DNA of 37,270 nt from Candidatus Thorarchaeota archaeon. GTDB lineage: Archaea; Asgardarchaeota; Thorarchaeia; Thorarchaeales; Thorarchaeaceae. Below the pieces are notes generated by a model. The model had not been told where the DNA came from. It searched no databases and saw only the letters and a program-made list of their open reading frames with translations. The stretch is from positions 1-37,270 of the forward strand of contig JBHLRQ010000023.1 of NCBI GenBank assembly GCA_048882385.1, read 5' to 3'. The translations under genes were made by a program, and so were the position numbers. Position 1 is the first letter of the stretch. Every line of letters starts with the position of its first letter. Shown here in pieces: positions 36,022-37,270 of the stretch.

Positions 36022-37188
36022 ATGGAACCAGTGAATGTCATTGGGGTTGGAATGACTTCTTTTGGTGTCCTTGAAGACTCACTAATTCAGTTGGCTGAAA
36101 TGGCATCATTTCAGGCAATAAAGGATTCTCAAACTGTAGGACAAACATTTGATCATCTTGTTGTTGGATCACAGAACCCTGACGAGTTTGTCAACAAAGG
36201 TCATCTATCAACATTACTTGCTGATAGACTTGGCATAGTCCCTGCAGGTGCAACGCGTGTGGAAACTGGTCCTTCCTCTGGATCAAGTGCTTTTGAAACT
36301 GCATTTACCATGATAGCATCTGGCCACTCAGACCTCATCCTCGTGATAGGTGTAGAAAAAATGTCTGAAGTGGACCGTGGAACCGCTTCAAAGATACTTG
36401 CCAAGATGATGTCTTATGAGAATGAAACTCGTTACGGAGCTACACCCACAGCTCTGGCGGCTATGGTTGCACGTCGATATATGCACGACTTTGGTCTAAC
36501 AAGAGACGAGTTGTCACTCATACCCGTAAAAGCTCACAGTAATGGAGCCAAGAATCCATTAGCACATTTCCAGAAAGAGGTCACAGTGGAAAAGGTCAGT
36601 AGTGCAAGGATTGTAGCAGATCCTCTAACGCTATTCGATTGTTGTCCTACCAGTGATGGAGCCGCCGCAATTGTCTTAGCATCAAACAGAATTGTAAAAG
36701 ATCTGGGGGTTTCTGACCAAGCAGTTCGTGTTCTTGGAGTTGGTCATGGAACTGATTACCATGCTGTGCAACACAGATTGTTACTCACCTCGTTTGGAGC
36801 CACAGTTGCGGCAGCTGAGAGAGCTTTTTCAATGGCAAAGGTGGAACCCAAAGACATTGATGTCTTTGAGCTCCATGATGCATTTTCCATTCTAGAATTG
36901 ATTAACATGGAAGATGTGGGTCTTGCAGAGCGTGGCTCTGCTGCTGAGATGGTGAAGGAAGGACTCACCGAGGTTGATGGAAGATTTCCTGTAAATACAA
37001 CTGGGGGTCTAAAGGCGAGAGGGCATCCAACCGGCAGCACTGGTATAGCACAGATTCATGATGTCTACAACCAACTTATGCAGAGAGCACCAGAGGGGTT
37101 ACAGGTAATCTCTCCTGTACTTGGACTAACTCAGAATATTGGCGGGTTTGGTAACAATATGGTTGTATCAATCCTGAAGGTTCCGTGA
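36022..37188 (+). CDS. Thiolase-fold protein (archaeal/SCP2 type) lacking the nucleophilic Cys
   Basis: GVEKMS, NPLAHF, SDGAAA, ELHDAF, GHPTG, NIGG; expected ACASG reads GPSSG; SD GAGGTG before ATG 36022. Confidence 0.9.
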   Translation: MEPVNVIGVGMTSFGVLEDSLIQLAEMASFQAIKDSQTVGQTFDHLVVGSQNPDEFVNKGHLSTLLADRLGIVPAGATRVETGPSSGSSAFETAFTMIASGHSDLILVIGVEKMSEVDRGTASKILAKMMSYENETRYGATPTALAAMVARRYMHDFGLTRDELSLIPVKAHSNGAKNPLAHFQKEVTVEKVSSARIVADPLTLFDCCPTSDGAAAIVLASNRIVKDLGVSDQAVRVLGVGHGTDYHAVQHRLLLTSFGATVAAAERAFSMAKVEPKDIDVFELHDAFSILELINMEDVGLAERGSAAEMVKEGLTEVDGRFPVNTTGGLKARGHPTGSTGIAQIHDVYNQLMQRAPEGLQVISPVLGLTQNIGGFGNNMVVSILKVP

Positions 37189-37270
37189 TATTTGCTTAAC
37201 ATCATCCGTTCATCTGTCTAAGATTTTCTTATTAGAACTGGTCTTGTTTTTCATTGTATAAGAGCCCAAT

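Noticed and set aside
1-37270. CRISPR array, IS/transposase, integrase, tRNA or rRNA
   Set aside because: No regularly spaced repeats, DDE or tyrosine-recombinase motifs, or cloverleaf/rRNA signatures seen by manual reading

Overview
Archaeal chromosomal window of about 40% GC, most consistent with an Asgard archaeon (Thorarchaeota-like). This is inferred from multiple Roadblock/longin proteins, tandem Lrp-type multi-HTH regulators and archaeal TATA/SD signals. 1-8.7 kb is a same-strand signalling cluster: two paralogous wHTH regulators, an HTH-PAS protein and an orphan PAS-histidine kinase sharing one Cys3His PAS module, a V4R/MetOD-like protein, an MglA-type GTPase, three Roadblock-type proteins, a longin-wHTH protein and two unannotated paralogous 38-39 aa Cys3 microproteins. 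The window also holds dispersed biotin-dependent carboxyltransferase genes (PccB/12S-like; 5S/PycB-like with a PccX-like tail; biotin carrier), a Cys-less thiolase-fold gene, purH, a nucleoside phosphorylase, a radical SAM enzyme, GNAT, DinB and C45 peptidase genes, a CARF-like/wHTH regulator, and a coupled cohesin-like anchor plus dockerin-bearing secreted protein. Missing from the ORF track: five microproteins (one apparently using a non-canonical start), a two-peptide locus with alternative long-range RNA pairings, a GC-rich structured leader, and two 'scars' where a diverged copy of a carboxyltransferase 5' end precedes an inserted membrane-protein gene. No rRNA, tRNA, CRISPR array or transposase was seen.
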